Origin: Bdellovibrionota bacterium
GTDB taxonomy: Bacteria; Bdellovibrionota_C; UBA2361; JAAYZI01
Length of the DNA: 64,000 nucleotides
Assembly (NCBI GenBank): GCA_050950765.1
Contig: JBMNIF010000002.1
Coordinates: 1,024,001-1,088,000 of the forward strand
Reading direction: 5' to 3'
This document shows, in pieces, positions 41,273-51,815 of the stretch. The notes beneath the pieces were generated by a model. The model was not told where the DNA came from, ran no database searches, and was given only the letters and a program-made list of their open reading frames with translations. The translations under genes were made by a program, and so were the position numbers. Each line of letters starts with the position of its first letter. The stretch's first letter is position 1.

Positions 41273-41548
41273 CCAGAGCTGTTCTGGGCGGTGTTCGTGG
41301 CATCGCTATGGTCTTCGCGCCTGAAGACAGAGTGCATCTATTCTGTTGGATTCCCATTACATCAGGCTGGTTTTTGGTTGTTTGTTCGTGTTGTCAAAGC
41401 AACAAGGACGACGTGATGGTGTGTGCGCTGATTGAGCATTAGTCGGTAAAAGAAGGGGCGGTTGTAAGAGATTTTTTACAATCTTTTTTATTTAAAACTT
41501 TTCTTCTACTGCCTTTGGAATAAAGATAAGCTGGATATAGAGATAAAG

Positions 41549-42016
41549 ATGTTAAACGCTAACGAGCTGTGGAAAGAATTGAGTCCTATCGTGGGATCAA
41601 TGGGGATGATGTTGTTTGATATCGATATGCCGTCCCCACGTGCTGGGGTGTTGCGTATCTACATCGCGCAAGCAGACGGCTCCGGATCTGGTGTTACTGT
41701 TGATATGTGTGAGGCTGTCAGTAGGAAGATTACATCAGATCGAAAGTTTTCTTGGATTACGGATCAATTTGCGTTCGAAGTCTCTAGCCCCGGTATCAAT
41801 AGGCGATTGCATAGACCGGAACACTTTGAACACGCGGTTGGCGAACGTGTTAAGTTGACCGTAAGTGAGTTTGGAAGATCTGATCAGACCATCACCGGTA
41901 AGATTGTAAAGTGTTGTGATGGTGTATTGGATTTAGTTGTTGAAGGGAGTACGGACGTTAGGTCTATTGCGCTAGACGATGTTCGTAAAGCACATGTTGA
42001 TTTTATATTTGGGTGA
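41549..42016 (+). CDS. rimP: ribosome maturation factor RimP
   Basis: LRIYI, GVTVDMC, EVSSPGINR; upstream of nusA. Confidence 0.95.
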   Translation: MLNANELWKELSPIVGSMGMMLFDIDMPSPRAGVLRIYIAQADGSGSGVTVDMCEAVSRKITSDRKFSWITDQFAFEVSSPGINRRLHRPEHFEHAVGERVKLTVSEFGRSDQTITGKIVKCCDGVLDLVVEGSTDVRSIALDDVRKAHVDFIFG

Positions 42017-42027
42017 GGTTCTCAGAT

Positions 42028-43521
42028 ATGGCGATTGATTTAAACGCATTACTGGGTCAGATCGGAAGGGATAAAGGTATCGATAAACGTTTGTTGATTG
42101 AAGCCGTTGAGTCCGCAATGCTTTCTGCAGCTAGAAAACATTATGGGCACAACCTCAATCTGGAGGCGCAGTACGATGAGGAGTCTGGAACTATTGAGGT
42201 TCTGCAATTTAAGACAGTCGTTGATCGGGTGGAAGATCCAGGTTTGGAGATCTTGATAGATGATGCGCGTGAGAAATACGATCCCGAGGCGATGATCGGT
42301 GATGAATTCGGAGAGAAGCTTGATACTAATGTGCTTGGCAGGATCGCTGCACAAACAGCCAAACAGGTTATTATTCAAAAAGTTAGAGATGCAGAGCGTG
42401 GAGTGATCTTTGAAGAGTTTAAGAATTCAAAGGGCGAACTGATTAACGGTATCGTTCAACGTTACGATCGTGGCAATGTCTTGGTTAATCTGGGAAGGAC
42501 TGAAGCTATCTTACCGAAGCGGGAGCAGATCCTGAAGGAGCGTTACCGTCAAGGAGATAGGGTGCGTGCCATCATTATTGATATAGATCGTTCTGCAAGG
42601 GGACCGCAGATAGTTTTGTCGCGTAGCCATCCAGATCTTTTAAGGAGGCTTTTTGAGTTAGAAGTTCCGGAGATATCGGAAGGTGTTATTGAATTAAAAG
42701 GTGTTGCTAGAGAGCCTGGAGAGCGTGCCAAGATCGCAGTTTATTCCAGTGATTCAAATATTGATCCTGTCGGAGCTTGTGTTGGTGTAAAGGGTTCTCG
42801 TGTGCATGCGGTTGTGCAGGAATTACGTGGAGAAAAGATAGATATTATTCCGTGGACACCTGATGAACCTTCTTTTGTAGCCAGAGCGCTTTCTCCTGCA
42901 GAGGTGGCGCGCGTGGTTTTGGATGAAGATGAACACTCGATGGAAGTGATCGTTGCTGACGATCAACTCTCTTATGCTATCGGACGTAACGGACAAAATG
43001 TGAAGTTGGCGAGTCGTTTGACCGGCTGGAAGATCGATGTTCGGAGTGTCTCCGTTGCTGAAGAAGAGGCTAAACGGGTTCGTGCCGCTTTGGAAGCTAT
43101 CCCAGGGATTCAGTTTACTCATGCAGAACAACTTTATCAGGAGGGGTATGGTAGTGCTGCTGAAGTTGCGGAAACCAGTGTTGAGGATCTGATGGAGATA
43201 GAGGGCATCTCTCAAACAGTAGCTGAAGATATTATTGAAAAAGCTAAGCAACACGTGGCTGCCATTAGAGAAAGTGGTGGGTCTACTGATCTTGAAGAAA
43301 CGGTTGTTACGGATTTAGATAAGTTGTTTATCAGTTCAGATCTAAAAGCTAAATTATTAGCAGGAGGCTATTCGACTATACAATCGGTGGCTATTGCGAG
43401 TGATGACGATCTGTTCTGTATTGATAGTTTTGATGTTGACGATCTTGAGATGGTAAAGAGTGCAATTGCGACGTTCTTTAATACTCAGGCACCGTTAGGA
43501 GATAAAGACGCAGGAGAGTAG
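42028..43521 (+). CDS. nusA: transcription factor NusA
   Basis: GRIAAQTAKQ, AREPGERAK, AIGRNGQNV. Confidence 0.98.
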   Translation: MAIDLNALLGQIGRDKGIDKRLLIEAVESAMLSAARKHYGHNLNLEAQYDEESGTIEVLQFKTVVDRVEDPGLEILIDDAREKYDPEAMIGDEFGEKLDTNVLGRIAAQTAKQVIIQKVRDAERGVIFEEFKNSKGELINGIVQRYDRGNVLVNLGRTEAILPKREQILKERYRQGDRVRAIIIDIDRSARGPQIVLSRSHPDLLRRLFELEVPEISEGVIELKGVAREPGERAKIAVYSSDSNIDPVGACVGVKGSRVHAVVQELRGEKIDIIPWTPDEPSFVARALSPAEVARVVLDEDEHSMEVIVADDQLSYAIGRNGQNVKLASRLTGWKIDVRSVSVAEEEAKRVRAALEAIPGIQFTHAEQLYQEGYGSAAEVAETSVEDLMEIEGISQTVAEDIIEKAKQHVAAIRESGGSTDLEETVVTDLDKLFISSDLKAKLLAGGYSTIQSVAIASDDDLFCIDSFDVDDLEMVKSAIATFFNTQAPLGDKDAGE

Positions 43522-43541
43522 TTTTTTATACGCAACGTGTT

Positions 43542-43856
43542 ATGCAGGAAGTGACGACTACTAAAGTTGTTAAAAAACCGAAGCGAAGGTGTATCGGTTG
43601 TTTGCAACGCGATTTAAAGTCAAATCTTGCTCGTGTTGTATGGAGTGGTGAGGAGTTGCTTTTTGATGAAAAGCAGACCTTTCAGGCGCGTGCTGCTTAC
43701 ATTCATCGGAGTGAAAGTTGTTTGCAAAAAGCTAAAAGCTGTGCCTGTTGGGAAAAGGCTTTAAAGCTGTCATCAGGTACATTAAAGGCGTTGCTTTTGC
43801 CGCAAGAGTTACAGAGAGAAAAGTCGGCGGCTTTGTTGAAACGGGTTAGGTTGTAA
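43542..43856 (+). CDS. ylxR: YlxR/DUF448 family RNA-binding protein
   Basis: PKRRCIGC and RAAYIH; lies between nusA and infB. Confidence 0.85.
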   Translation: MQEVTTTKVVKKPKRRCIGCLQRDLKSNLARVVWSGEELLFDEKQTFQARAAYIHRSESCLQKAKSCACWEKALKLSSGTLKALLLPQELQREKSAALLKRVRL

Positions 43857-43933
43857 GGTTGGCGAAACGTTCATCTATACTGGATGATACGAGATCGGTT
43901 TCCGGATTTGTGTAAAATAAAGAGAAGTTGAGA

Positions 43934-46690
43934 ATGGCGAAAATCAGGATATATGAACTTGCTAGAGAGCTAGGCGTCGACAATAAAGCCGTTATCCTTA
44001 AAGCTCAAGAACTTGGGATGCCGGGTAAATTATCGCATTCCAATTCTCTTGAAGAGAGTGAAGCTGAACAGTTACGTCGAGCATTTATACGAGCGGCGGT
44101 TAGTCCTGCTCCGCAAAGCACCACTAGAGTTGTCAAAAAACAGGTTGATGTTTCAACCGGAGAGACGAGAACTATTATCGAGAGTAGGAAAGGGAACGTT
44201 GTTAGACGTAGGCGGCAAAGTGAACCGGAAGTGCAGGTTAAGCAAGAAGTAGAGCAACGTGAAGAAGAGGAGATAAAAGAGTCAACCGTCGAAGTCGCAC
44301 TTGAATCTCGTGAAGATACGACAGAAAAGGATCAGGTCTTATCAAGTGGTGTGGTACCTACTGAAGTCGTGGTGGGGGAAGAAGTTTCTGAATCTATTGC
44401 GCAAGATGAAGAAGGTTCATCTGAAGCTCTTCTTGAAGAAGAGGTGGCTTCTGCAGCAGAGAAAGTTATTTCAGAATCTGAAGTGGTAGAAGATCTTCAG
44501 GAAGAGGACTCCTCTGCAGAAGATGAGGCTGCGGAAGAAGAACAAGAGGTAAGTAAAGTTGAAGATGTTATAAAGAGAGGGGTCAAGAAAGTAATTGTAG
44601 GGCCGAAAATTTTAGGAAAGATAGAGCTACCGCAGAAAAAGAAAAAAGGTGAAAAGAGTGAAAGGGGTGAGCGTACCTTTGAAAAAGGAGGTCCCGTCGC
44701 TTCTCAATACGATGAAAGTATTGAGGATGATGAGGATGAAGAGGGCGGTCGTCGTCAAGGTGGAGGTAAAAAACGTTCTCGCAAGCGAGAGTTCACACGT
44801 GGGCAGTTAGTCGATTACGATGGCAGACCAGGGAGACGACGGGGGCCTAAAGATGCTAAAGGCAAAGGCGAGCAAGTTGAAAAAGAGGAAGCCGTTGTGG
44901 AGACGCAACCCCAAAGAGCTTCGAAACGGGTAGTCAAGATGGCTACTGATGTGATTACGGTTGGTGAACTTGCCAGACAGATGAGTTTAAAAGTTGCAGA
45001 GGTTATTTCAAAGTTAATGCAGCTCGGTGTAATGGCAACGATAAATCAAGCGGTGGACTCTGATACTGCTGCGATAGTTGCTGATGAGTTCGGCTTTACC
45101 ATTGAGTTTACCGGTTTTGATGAAGAAGAGATCTTGATGATTGAGCCGGATACTGCTGATGTCCGTATGGAGTTAAGATCTCCTGTTGTGACAGTGATGG
45201 GGCACGTTGATCACGGTAAAACTTCATTACTTGATGCAATTAGAAAAACTTCCGTAGCGGCGCGTGAACACGGAGGAATTACACAACACGTTGGAGCGTA
45301 CAAGGTAAAGCTACCAAGTAATCGTAGCGTTGTGTTTATTGATACACCTGGCCACGCTGCTTTCACTCAGATGCGTGCACGTGGTGCTGAGGTAACTGAT
45401 ATTGTGATTATCGTTGTTGCGGCAGATGACGGTGTGATGCCTCAAACAATAGAGGCTATTAACCATGCTAAAGCTGCAAATGTTAGTATCTGTGTTGCAA
45501 TTAACAAGATGGATAAGCCTGAAGCGAATCCTGATAAAGTTAAACAACAGTTAGCAGAGCGAGGGCTGCAACCGGAAGATTGGGGTGGTGATGTGATGAT
45601 GTTCCCCGTTTCTGCAGCAACTCGTGAGGGAATACCAGAGTTGTTAGAAGGCCTTTTATTGCTGGCTGAAATTAAAGAATTAAAGGCTAATGTAACGGGG
45701 CGTGCTAAGGGAACTATTATTGAATCAAGGCAGGAGCGTGGACGTGGTACCGTCGTAACATTACTGGTTCAGTCCGGATGCTTAAAGATCGGTGATATCT
45801 ATGTTTGTGGAGCTGAATACGGAAGAGTCAGGGCTCTTTACGATGATAGACAAAATAGAATTGAGGAAGCAGGCCCGTCAGATCCTGTTGAGCTCTCCGG
45901 TCTATACGGCGTACCTATGGCTGGTGATGATTTCATCGTGGTTGAAAATGAGCAGCAAGCAAAACAGGTAGCGACCAATCGTAAACAACGTAAGATGGCA
46001 AAAGATCAACTCTCCTTAGCTGGTGGTCCGATCAGCTTAGAGGAGTTTGCACGACGAGCCGGTCAGGAACAGGCTTTAGAGTTAAATATTATCATTAAAA
46101 CGGATGTGCACGGAACGTTGGAAGCGATTACGGAGTCCGTAGAGAAGCTTTCAACTCAGAAGGTCAAGGTGCGAGTCTTACACGGTGGTGTTGGTGCCAT
46201 CACTGAATCTGATGTGCAGTTGGCGTTAGCATCAAAAGCCATTATCGTTGGCTTCGGGGTGCGCGCTGAGCCTAGGACGATTAACGAAGCTGAAAGTGTT
46301 GGTGTAGAATTACGCTTTTATAGGGTAATTTACGAGTTATTGGATGATGTAAAGTTGGCGATGGCGGGGTTACTTGATCCGATTAAGAAAGAGGTTTCTT
46401 TAGCCAGAGCTGAAGTGCGAGATACCTTTGTGGTGCCTAAAACAGGTACTGTCGCAGGGTGTTATGTTTTGAACGGAACTGTTAAACGTGGTGCGCGCTT
46501 ACGATTGTTGCGGGATAATAATGTTATTCATGAAGGAAAGATGCTTTCATTGCGTCGTTTTAAGGATGATGTAAAGGAAGTGGCTGCTGGATATGAATGC
46601 GGTATCTCATTTGTCGGTTATAATGATATTAAAGTTTCCGACATTATCGAAGTTTATGAAATTGAAGAAGTTGCAGCAACGTTGGAGTAA
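43934..46690 (+). CDS. infB: translation initiation factor IF-2
   Basis: [23 protein letters not shown]. Confidence 0.98.
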   Translation: MAKIRIYELARELGVDNKAVILKAQELGMPGKLSHSNSLEESEAEQLRRAFIRAAVSPAPQSTTRVVKKQVDVSTGETRTIIESRKGNVVRRRRQSEPEVQVKQEVEQREEEEIKESTVEVALESREDTTEKDQVLSSGVVPTEVVVGEEVSESIAQDEEGSSEALLEEEVASAAEKVISESEVVEDLQEEDSSAEDEAAEEEQEVSKVEDVIKRGVKKVIVGPKILGKIELPQKKKKGEKSERGERTFEKGGPVASQYDESIEDDEDEEGGRRQGGGKKRSRKREFTRGQLVDYDGRPGRRRGPKDAKGKGEQVEKEEAVVETQPQRASKRVVKMATDVITVGELARQMSLKVAEVISKLMQLGVMATINQAVDSDTAAIVADEFGFTIEFTGFDEEEILMIEPDTADVRMELRSPVVTVMGHVDHGKTSLLDAIRKTSVAAREHGGITQHVGAYKVKLPSNRSVVFIDTPGHAAFTQMRARGAEVTDIVIIVVAADDGVMPQTIEAINHAKAANVSICVAINKMDKPEANPDKVKQQLAERGLQPEDWGGDVMMFPVSAATREGIPELLEGLLLLAEIKELKANVTGRAKGTIIESRQERGRGTVVTLLVQSGCLKIGDIYVCGAEYGRVRALYDDRQNRIEEAGPSDPVELSGLYGVPMAGDDFIVVENEQQAKQVATNRKQRKMAKDQLSLAGGPISLEEFARRAGQEQALELNIIIKTDVHGTLEAITESVEKLSTQKVKVRVLHGGVGAITESDVQLALASKAIIVGFGVRAEPRTINEAESVGVELRFYRVIYELLDDVKLAMAGLLDPIKKEVSLARAEVRDTFVVPKTGTVAGCYVLNGTVKRGARLRLLRDNNVIHEGKMLSLRRFKDDVKEVAAGYECGISFVGYNDIKVSDIIEVYEIEEVAATLE

Positions 46691-46696
46691 TTTCTT

Positions 46697-47104
46697 GTGG
46701 CAGAAAGACGGCGTGTTTTTAAGGTTTCTGAGAGGATTCGTGAAATAGTAGCGGGAGTGTTGCCACGCGCTGCGGATCCGAGATTTTCTATGGTCACTAT
46801 AACAGGGGTGGTGGTTAGTCCTGATTTAAGAGAGGCTAAGCTTTATTGGTCTGCTCCAGATGCAAAAGATAATCTGCTTGAGATGGAAAAAGCTTTTCGT
46901 AATGCGACAGGTTTTTTTAGACGTGCCGTTGGAGATAACTTAGATCTGCGCTTTGTTCCGAATTTACGTTTTATTTATGATGATACGTTGGATGTATATG
47001 CGCAGGTGCAGGAATTGATTGCAAAGATTCCACCTGAAGATCTTGCTCCGAAGGATGCCGTTACACACTCTGAAGAACAGGATGCAGAAGATGGCGATGA
47101 CTGA
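46697..47104 (+). CDS. rbfA: ribosome-binding factor A
   Basis: DPR, VSPDL, LRFVPNLRF. Confidence 0.95.
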   Translation: MAERRRVFKVSERIREIVAGVLPRAADPRFSMVTITGVVVSPDLREAKLYWSAPDAKDNLLEMEKAFRNATGFFRRAVGDNLDLRFVPNLRFIYDDTLDVYAQVQELIAKIPPEDLAPKDAVTHSEEQDAEDGDD

Positions 47105-48146
47105 AGATCGTTCAAAAGGTGTTGAGCAAAACAGAGAGCACCACTCTGACGACTCTTTTAAAGAGAGTAAGAGAGAGGTTTGGGCTAAAATAATTGAACA
47201 GATCAGATCCGCCGAAAATATCTTGGTTGTTGCACATCAAAGTCCAGATCCGGATGCTTTCGGTTCTAGTTGTGGCATGACTTTAGCTTTAAAGTATTTT
47301 GGGAAAAATGCACTCTGCCTTAATCAAGATGGGGCTGCACCACACCTGCAATACATCCCTGACGCTTTTGCTGTTACGGATACCGTCCCTGCAGGAGAGT
47401 GGGATCTGATAATCGTTTGCGATTGTGGTGAGAAGGAAAGGATTGGATCTGAACTCCTTAATCAACTTCCGCAAGGTGTTCCGATCGTGAACCTCGATCA
47501 CCATTATTCAAATGATAATTTTGGAGATTTAAATCTCGTTCTTCCAAATGCTAGCTCCGCTTCTGAAATCGTTTTTGAAGTGGTTAGTGATCTCCTCGGA
47601 ACGTTAACTCCAGAGATTGCAGAGTGTTTATTAACTGGAATAATTGCAGACACAGGCGGGTTTCGTTATTCATCAGCTACGGCATATACCTTTATTGTAG
47701 CTGAAAAATTAATTAAAGCCGGTGCTAATCTTGAACGTGTAAATCGTAATCTATTTAGTAATCGCTCTCTAGCAGCAGTACGTTTAGCGGCGGCGGCGAT
47801 CTCTGCAATGAAGATTCACGCTGCGGGAAAGGTCGTAGAGATCTTAGTAACGGAAGAGATGATGCAGCGTTTCTCGGCGCAACCGACAGATTGCGAAGGT
47901 TTGGTTGATGCAGGACGTGATATTGAGGGGGTTTGTGTTTCAATTTTAATTCGTAAAGATGGAGATCTTTGGAAGGTTAGTTTAAGGTCTAAATATTCAG
48001 AGTGTAATGTTTCAGAGGTGGCAGCCACTTTTAATGGTGGTGGGCATGTGCAAGCAGCTGCCTGTCGTTGGAGCGGAGAGTTAGAAGATCTTAGAAGTTC
48101 ATTATTGGCTAAAGTAATTCAAGTTGTTAATGATTCAGGAAAATGA
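47097..48146 (+). CDS. nrnA: DHH/DHHA1 phosphoesterase (NrnA-like)
   Basis: HQSPDPDA, DHH, DTGGF, SLRS, GGGH. Confidence 0.88.
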   Translation: MTEDRSKGVEQNREHHSDDSFKESKREVWAKIIEQIRSAENILVVAHQSPDPDAFGSSCGMTLALKYFGKNALCLNQDGAAPHLQYIPDAFAVTDTVPAGEWDLIIVCDCGEKERIGSELLNQLPQGVPIVNLDHHYSNDNFGDLNLVLPNASSASEIVFEVVSDLLGTLTPEIAECLLTGIIADTGGFRYSSATAYTFIVAEKLIKAGANLERVNRNLFSNRSLAAVRLAAAAISAMKIHAAGKVVEILVTEEMMQRFSAQPTDCEGLVDAGRDIEGVCVSILIRKDGDLWKVSLRSKYSECNVSEVAATFNGGGHVQAAACRWSGELEDLRSSLLAKVIQVVNDSGK

Positions 48147-49014
48147 ACACCGATCAGGGATCGTTTTATTAGATAAGCCTGCCGGAATTACTTCGGCGAA
48201 GGCGATCGCTATCTTAAAACGGAGATTACGGTGTAAAAAGATAGGGCATGCTGGAACCTTAGATCCTATGGCAACAGGGTTGCTTGTTTGCTTAATCAAT
48301 GGTGCTACTAAATTAGCGGCGTTGGCGGTAGCAGGTGATAAAGTTTATTCAGGAACCTTTCTATTTGGTGTTGTTACCGATACGGATGACATTGAAGGAA
48401 AAGTCATCTCGCACTCTCTTGATTTGCCGACATTTGATCAGGTGCAAGAGCACCTTAAGAGCTTTCTTGGAACAATAGAGCAGGTGCCTCCGCAAGTCAG
48501 TGCAATAAAGGTCGATGGAGAGCCTCTTTATAAACGTGTCAGGCGGGGCGAGGAGGTAGTTATAACGCCACGTTCTGTAACGATTCACTCCTTTGAGATC
48601 TTTCCGACGGAGGTGCCTGAAAAGTTTGATTTTAGAATACACTGCTCTAAGGGGACGTATATCAGATCTATTGCAAGAGATTTAGGCGTTGCTGTGGGGT
48701 GTGGAGCTTGCTTGGCGAAGCTACGTCGTGAGAAGTCTTATCCTTTTGACACTATCAACGGAAAAAAAATTGAAGAAATTGATGCTTCTGACATCTTGGA
48801 TTGGTGGACTTTGCTCCCTGATGTTGGGATGATAGAGCTGGAAGATGGTGCTGCGCAACGTCTTAAAAATGGGGATCAATCTCTACTAACGAAGATATCC
48901 GAGTCTTTCCCTGATGTTAACAGTGTGATTTATGGGGATAGTCGTTACCGTTACGGGGTCTTGGTTAGGGAAACGCTTGACGGTGCTTGGAAGATAGCCG
49001 TTAATGTGGTGTAG
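48130..49014 (+). CDS. truB: tRNA pseudouridine(55) synthase
   Basis: GHAGTLDPMATG, CSKGTYIRS. Confidence 0.97.
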   Translation: MIQENEHRSGIVLLDKPAGITSAKAIAILKRRLRCKKIGHAGTLDPMATGLLVCLINGATKLAALAVAGDKVYSGTFLFGVVTDTDDIEGKVISHSLDLPTFDQVQEHLKSFLGTIEQVPPQVSAIKVDGEPLYKRVRRGEEVVITPRSVTIHSFEIFPTEVPEKFDFRIHCSKGTYIRSIARDLGVAVGCGACLAKLRREKSYPFDTINGKKIEEIDASDILDWWTLLPDVGMIELEDGAAQRLKNGDQSLLTKISESFPDVNSVIYGDSRYRYGVLVRETLDGAWKIAVNVV

Positions 49015-49054
49015 TGAGATGTTATATGTTTTTTAATCTTACAGGAGAAGATAG

Positions 49055-50362
49055 ATGCCATCTTTAGTATTAGTCGGTGCCCAATGGGGTGACGAAGGCA
49101 AGGGGAAACTCGTTGATTATTTAGCGCCGAAGGCGAATTGGGTTGTCCGTTTTCAAGGCGGAAATAATGCGGGTCACACCGTTATTGTCGGAGAAAAAAC
49201 ATATAAATTAAGCCTTATACCATCAGGAATTTTACATACCGAAACGTGTTGTGCATTAGGAGCGGGGGTCGTGATTGATCCGGAAGTGCTATTAAGTGAG
49301 ATGGCAAAGCTTAATGAAGATGGTGTTAGTACTTCGCCAGAGCGTTTGATTGTAGATAGAGATGCTCATCTGATCCTTGAATATCATAAATTGATTGATG
49401 TCGCACGTGAGCACTCTATGGGTGCTGCTAAGATCGGCACAACGGGGCGAGGTATTGGGCCAGCCTACGAAGATAGAGCAGCTAGAATGGGTGTGCGGAT
49501 GGCTGATCTCTTTGATCTGGGGGCGTTAAAGAAGAGGTTACGAGAGATTACAGATCAGAAGAATCTTTATTTATCAGGTGTTTTGGGGAGTGCAACGGTG
49601 GCTGATTTTGATCAAATTTGGCAGGTCGTAGAGCGAGCTGCTGAAAAGTTGTGTCCTCATGTGCGTAACGTCAGTTTGTTGATCGATCAAGCGCTGCAAA
49701 ACGGTAAGAAGGTGCTTTTTGAAGGTGCACAAGGAACGTTGCTGGATCAGATGCACGGAACAGTTCCGTTTGTAACTTCTTCAAATACAGTGGCGGGTGC
49801 TGCTGCTACCGGTACGGGGATCGGACCTAATAAGATAGATTACGTTTTAGGTATTGTAAAAGCTTATACGACCCGTGTGGGGAGTGGGCCATTCCCAACT
49901 GAATTGAATGATAAGGATGGCGATCACCTTTGCGAGAAAGGGCGGGAGTTCGGCACCGTCACGGGTAGAAAAAGACGGTGCGGTTGGTTTGATGGTGTGG
50001 CGATGCGACGGGCTGTCAGATTAAACGGTATAAATTCTTTTGCCATCACTAAATTGGATGTTCTTTCAGGTTTAGATACTTTAAAAATTTGCACTAAATA
50101 TAAACTTGATGGGGAGTATATTGATGATGTGCCACCTCTCGCTAGTGAGAGTGCTAGGGTGCAGCCTGAGTATATTGAATTAGCTGGCTGGAAAGAAGAT
50201 ATCTCAACGGTAAAGTCGTGGCAGGAGTTGCCAGAGGCTGCTAAAAGATATCTTTCGACTATTTCGGACGTTACAGGTTGTCAGATCTCTGTTTTGAGTA
50301 TAGGACCAGATCGAGATTCAACGATCTTTTCAGATTGTTCACAGTTTATCCGTAACTTTTAA
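49055..50362 (+). CDS. purA: adenylosuccinate synthase
   Basis: QWGDEGKGK, GGNNAGHT, TVTGRKRRCGW. Confidence 0.98.
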   Translation: MPSLVLVGAQWGDEGKGKLVDYLAPKANWVVRFQGGNNAGHTVIVGEKTYKLSLIPSGILHTETCCALGAGVVIDPEVLLSEMAKLNEDGVSTSPERLIVDRDAHLILEYHKLIDVAREHSMGAAKIGTTGRGIGPAYEDRAARMGVRMADLFDLGALKKRLREITDQKNLYLSGVLGSATVADFDQIWQVVERAAEKLCPHVRNVSLLIDQALQNGKKVLFEGAQGTLLDQMHGTVPFVTSSNTVAGAAATGTGIGPNKIDYVLGIVKAYTTRVGSGPFPTELNDKDGDHLCEKGREFGTVTGRKRRCGWFDGVAMRRAVRLNGINSFAITKLDVLSGLDTLKICTKYKLDGEYIDDVPPLASESARVQPEYIELAGWKEDISTVKSWQELPEAAKRYLSTISDVTGCQISVLSIGPDRDSTIFSDCSQFIRNF

Positions 50363-50384
50363 AGGTGATGAGGAGTTGAAAGTC

Positions 50385-51716
50385 ATGCAGAATGAGGTGC
50401 CGCAAAAAATTCTTATAATTGATGATGAAGAGAGTATCTGCCGTACATTAACTGCTATCTTTAAGGATGAAGGCTTTGCGCCGATCTCTGCACAAGATGG
50501 AGAAACGGGGTTGCAACTTATTCGAGAATCATCACCAGCTCTAGTGTTGCTGGATATCTGGATGCCGAGTATGGATGGGATTGAGGTCTTACAAAAGATT
50601 AAAGAGATAGATCACGATATCCCTGTTGTGATGATTAGTGGGCACGCTACTATTTCGACTGCGTTGCAGGCGACTCGGATGGGTGCTGCGGATTTTATTG
50701 AAAAGCCTCTGGAATTGGAAGCTACTATGCGCGTTGTTAGGCGTGTGCTCGGGATAACAGATCTTGAAAACGAAGTTGAAGCAGGGCAGGTCTCAGAAGA
50801 AAAAGCGACAGCGGAGTGGGTTATCAATGGTGGGAGCGAAGGGGTAGCCATTAACAGAGTTGTTTTTGAAGATCAGAAATGGCGCGGGCGTAAAGTAACA
50901 CAAAAGACCTTAAAACACAGCGCAATCTTATACGGGCACGGTGTGCATAGTGGAAAGAAATCAGGTTTGCTACTTGAGCCGTTAGGTGCAAATTGTGGGA
51001 TCCATTTTACAGCTGTTGCTTCAACACAAGCTGTACCAGCACATCTGAATTACGTTCATTCAACAGGGTATGCCACAACGATTAGAGAGGGTGAAAATAG
51101 CGTTGCTACTGTGGAGCATTTAATGTCTGCTTTACATGCCTATGGCATAACTAATCTACTGATAAAGTGTAACGGTGAAGTGCCTGTTATGGATGGTTCG
51201 GCGCTAGAGTTTTGTAACCTCTTTGATCAAGTTGGTCTTGAGGAACAGGTAGGAGATTTTTATGAAATCGAAGTAAAGCACGCCGTTCGGATCGGAAATG
51301 AGAAGGAGTATATCTTACTTGAGCCTGCCGATGAATTTTCAATTGAATATACCTTGCAATATCCAGAACCGATTGGGCGACAGTATATGCAGTTTACTTT
51401 AGAGAGCCCTGCGACATTTGTAGATTTTGTGGCACCAGCTAGAACTTTCGGATTTGTAAGGGATATCGGTGCACTGCAGAAGCAAGGTTTAGCGCAAGGC
51501 GGACGCTTTGATAATTTTGTGCTTGTTGGAGAAGATGGGATTATTAACGCAGATTTGCGTTATCCTGATGAGCCCGTGCGGCATAAAATTCTAGATATGA
51601 TTGGAGACCTTTACCTTTTAGGACGACCGATCCGTGGAAAGATTACTGCTTGTATGACGGGTCATTCTGATAATATTGCGTTATTGAGGGCGTTGCAAAA
51701 GGAGATGAATAAATAA
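50385..51716 (+). CDS. lpxC: receiver (REC) domain fused to UDP-3-O-acyl-GlcNAc deacetylase LpxC
   Basis: N-terminal IIDDE, LLDIWMP and FIEKP; C-terminal VEHLMSAL, PVMDGSA, ARTFGF, HKILDMIGDL and GH. Confidence 0.93.
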   Translation: MQNEVPQKILIIDDEESICRTLTAIFKDEGFAPISAQDGETGLQLIRESSPALVLLDIWMPSMDGIEVLQKIKEIDHDIPVVMISGHATISTALQATRMGAADFIEKPLELEATMRVVRRVLGITDLENEVEAGQVSEEKATAEWVINGGSEGVAINRVVFEDQKWRGRKVTQKTLKHSAILYGHGVHSGKKSGLLLEPLGANCGIHFTAVASTQAVPAHLNYVHSTGYATTIREGENSVATVEHLMSALHAYGITNLLIKCNGEVPVMDGSALEFCNLFDQVGLEEQVGDFYEIEVKHAVRIGNEKEYILLEPADEFSIEYTLQYPEPIGRQYMQFTLESPATFVDFVAPARTFGFVRDIGALQKQGLAQGGRFDNFVLVGEDGIINADLRYPDEPVRHKILDMIGDLYLLGRPIRGKITACMTGHSDNIALLRALQKEMNK

Positions 51717-51815
51717 AGGTAGATTATTTAGCCTCCAATCTGAGATAATCTTTTATTTTTAAGTTTTTTCTCGGTACTATACTGTATTGTTGCGGCTTTG
51801 ATTTGAGGGGTATTT

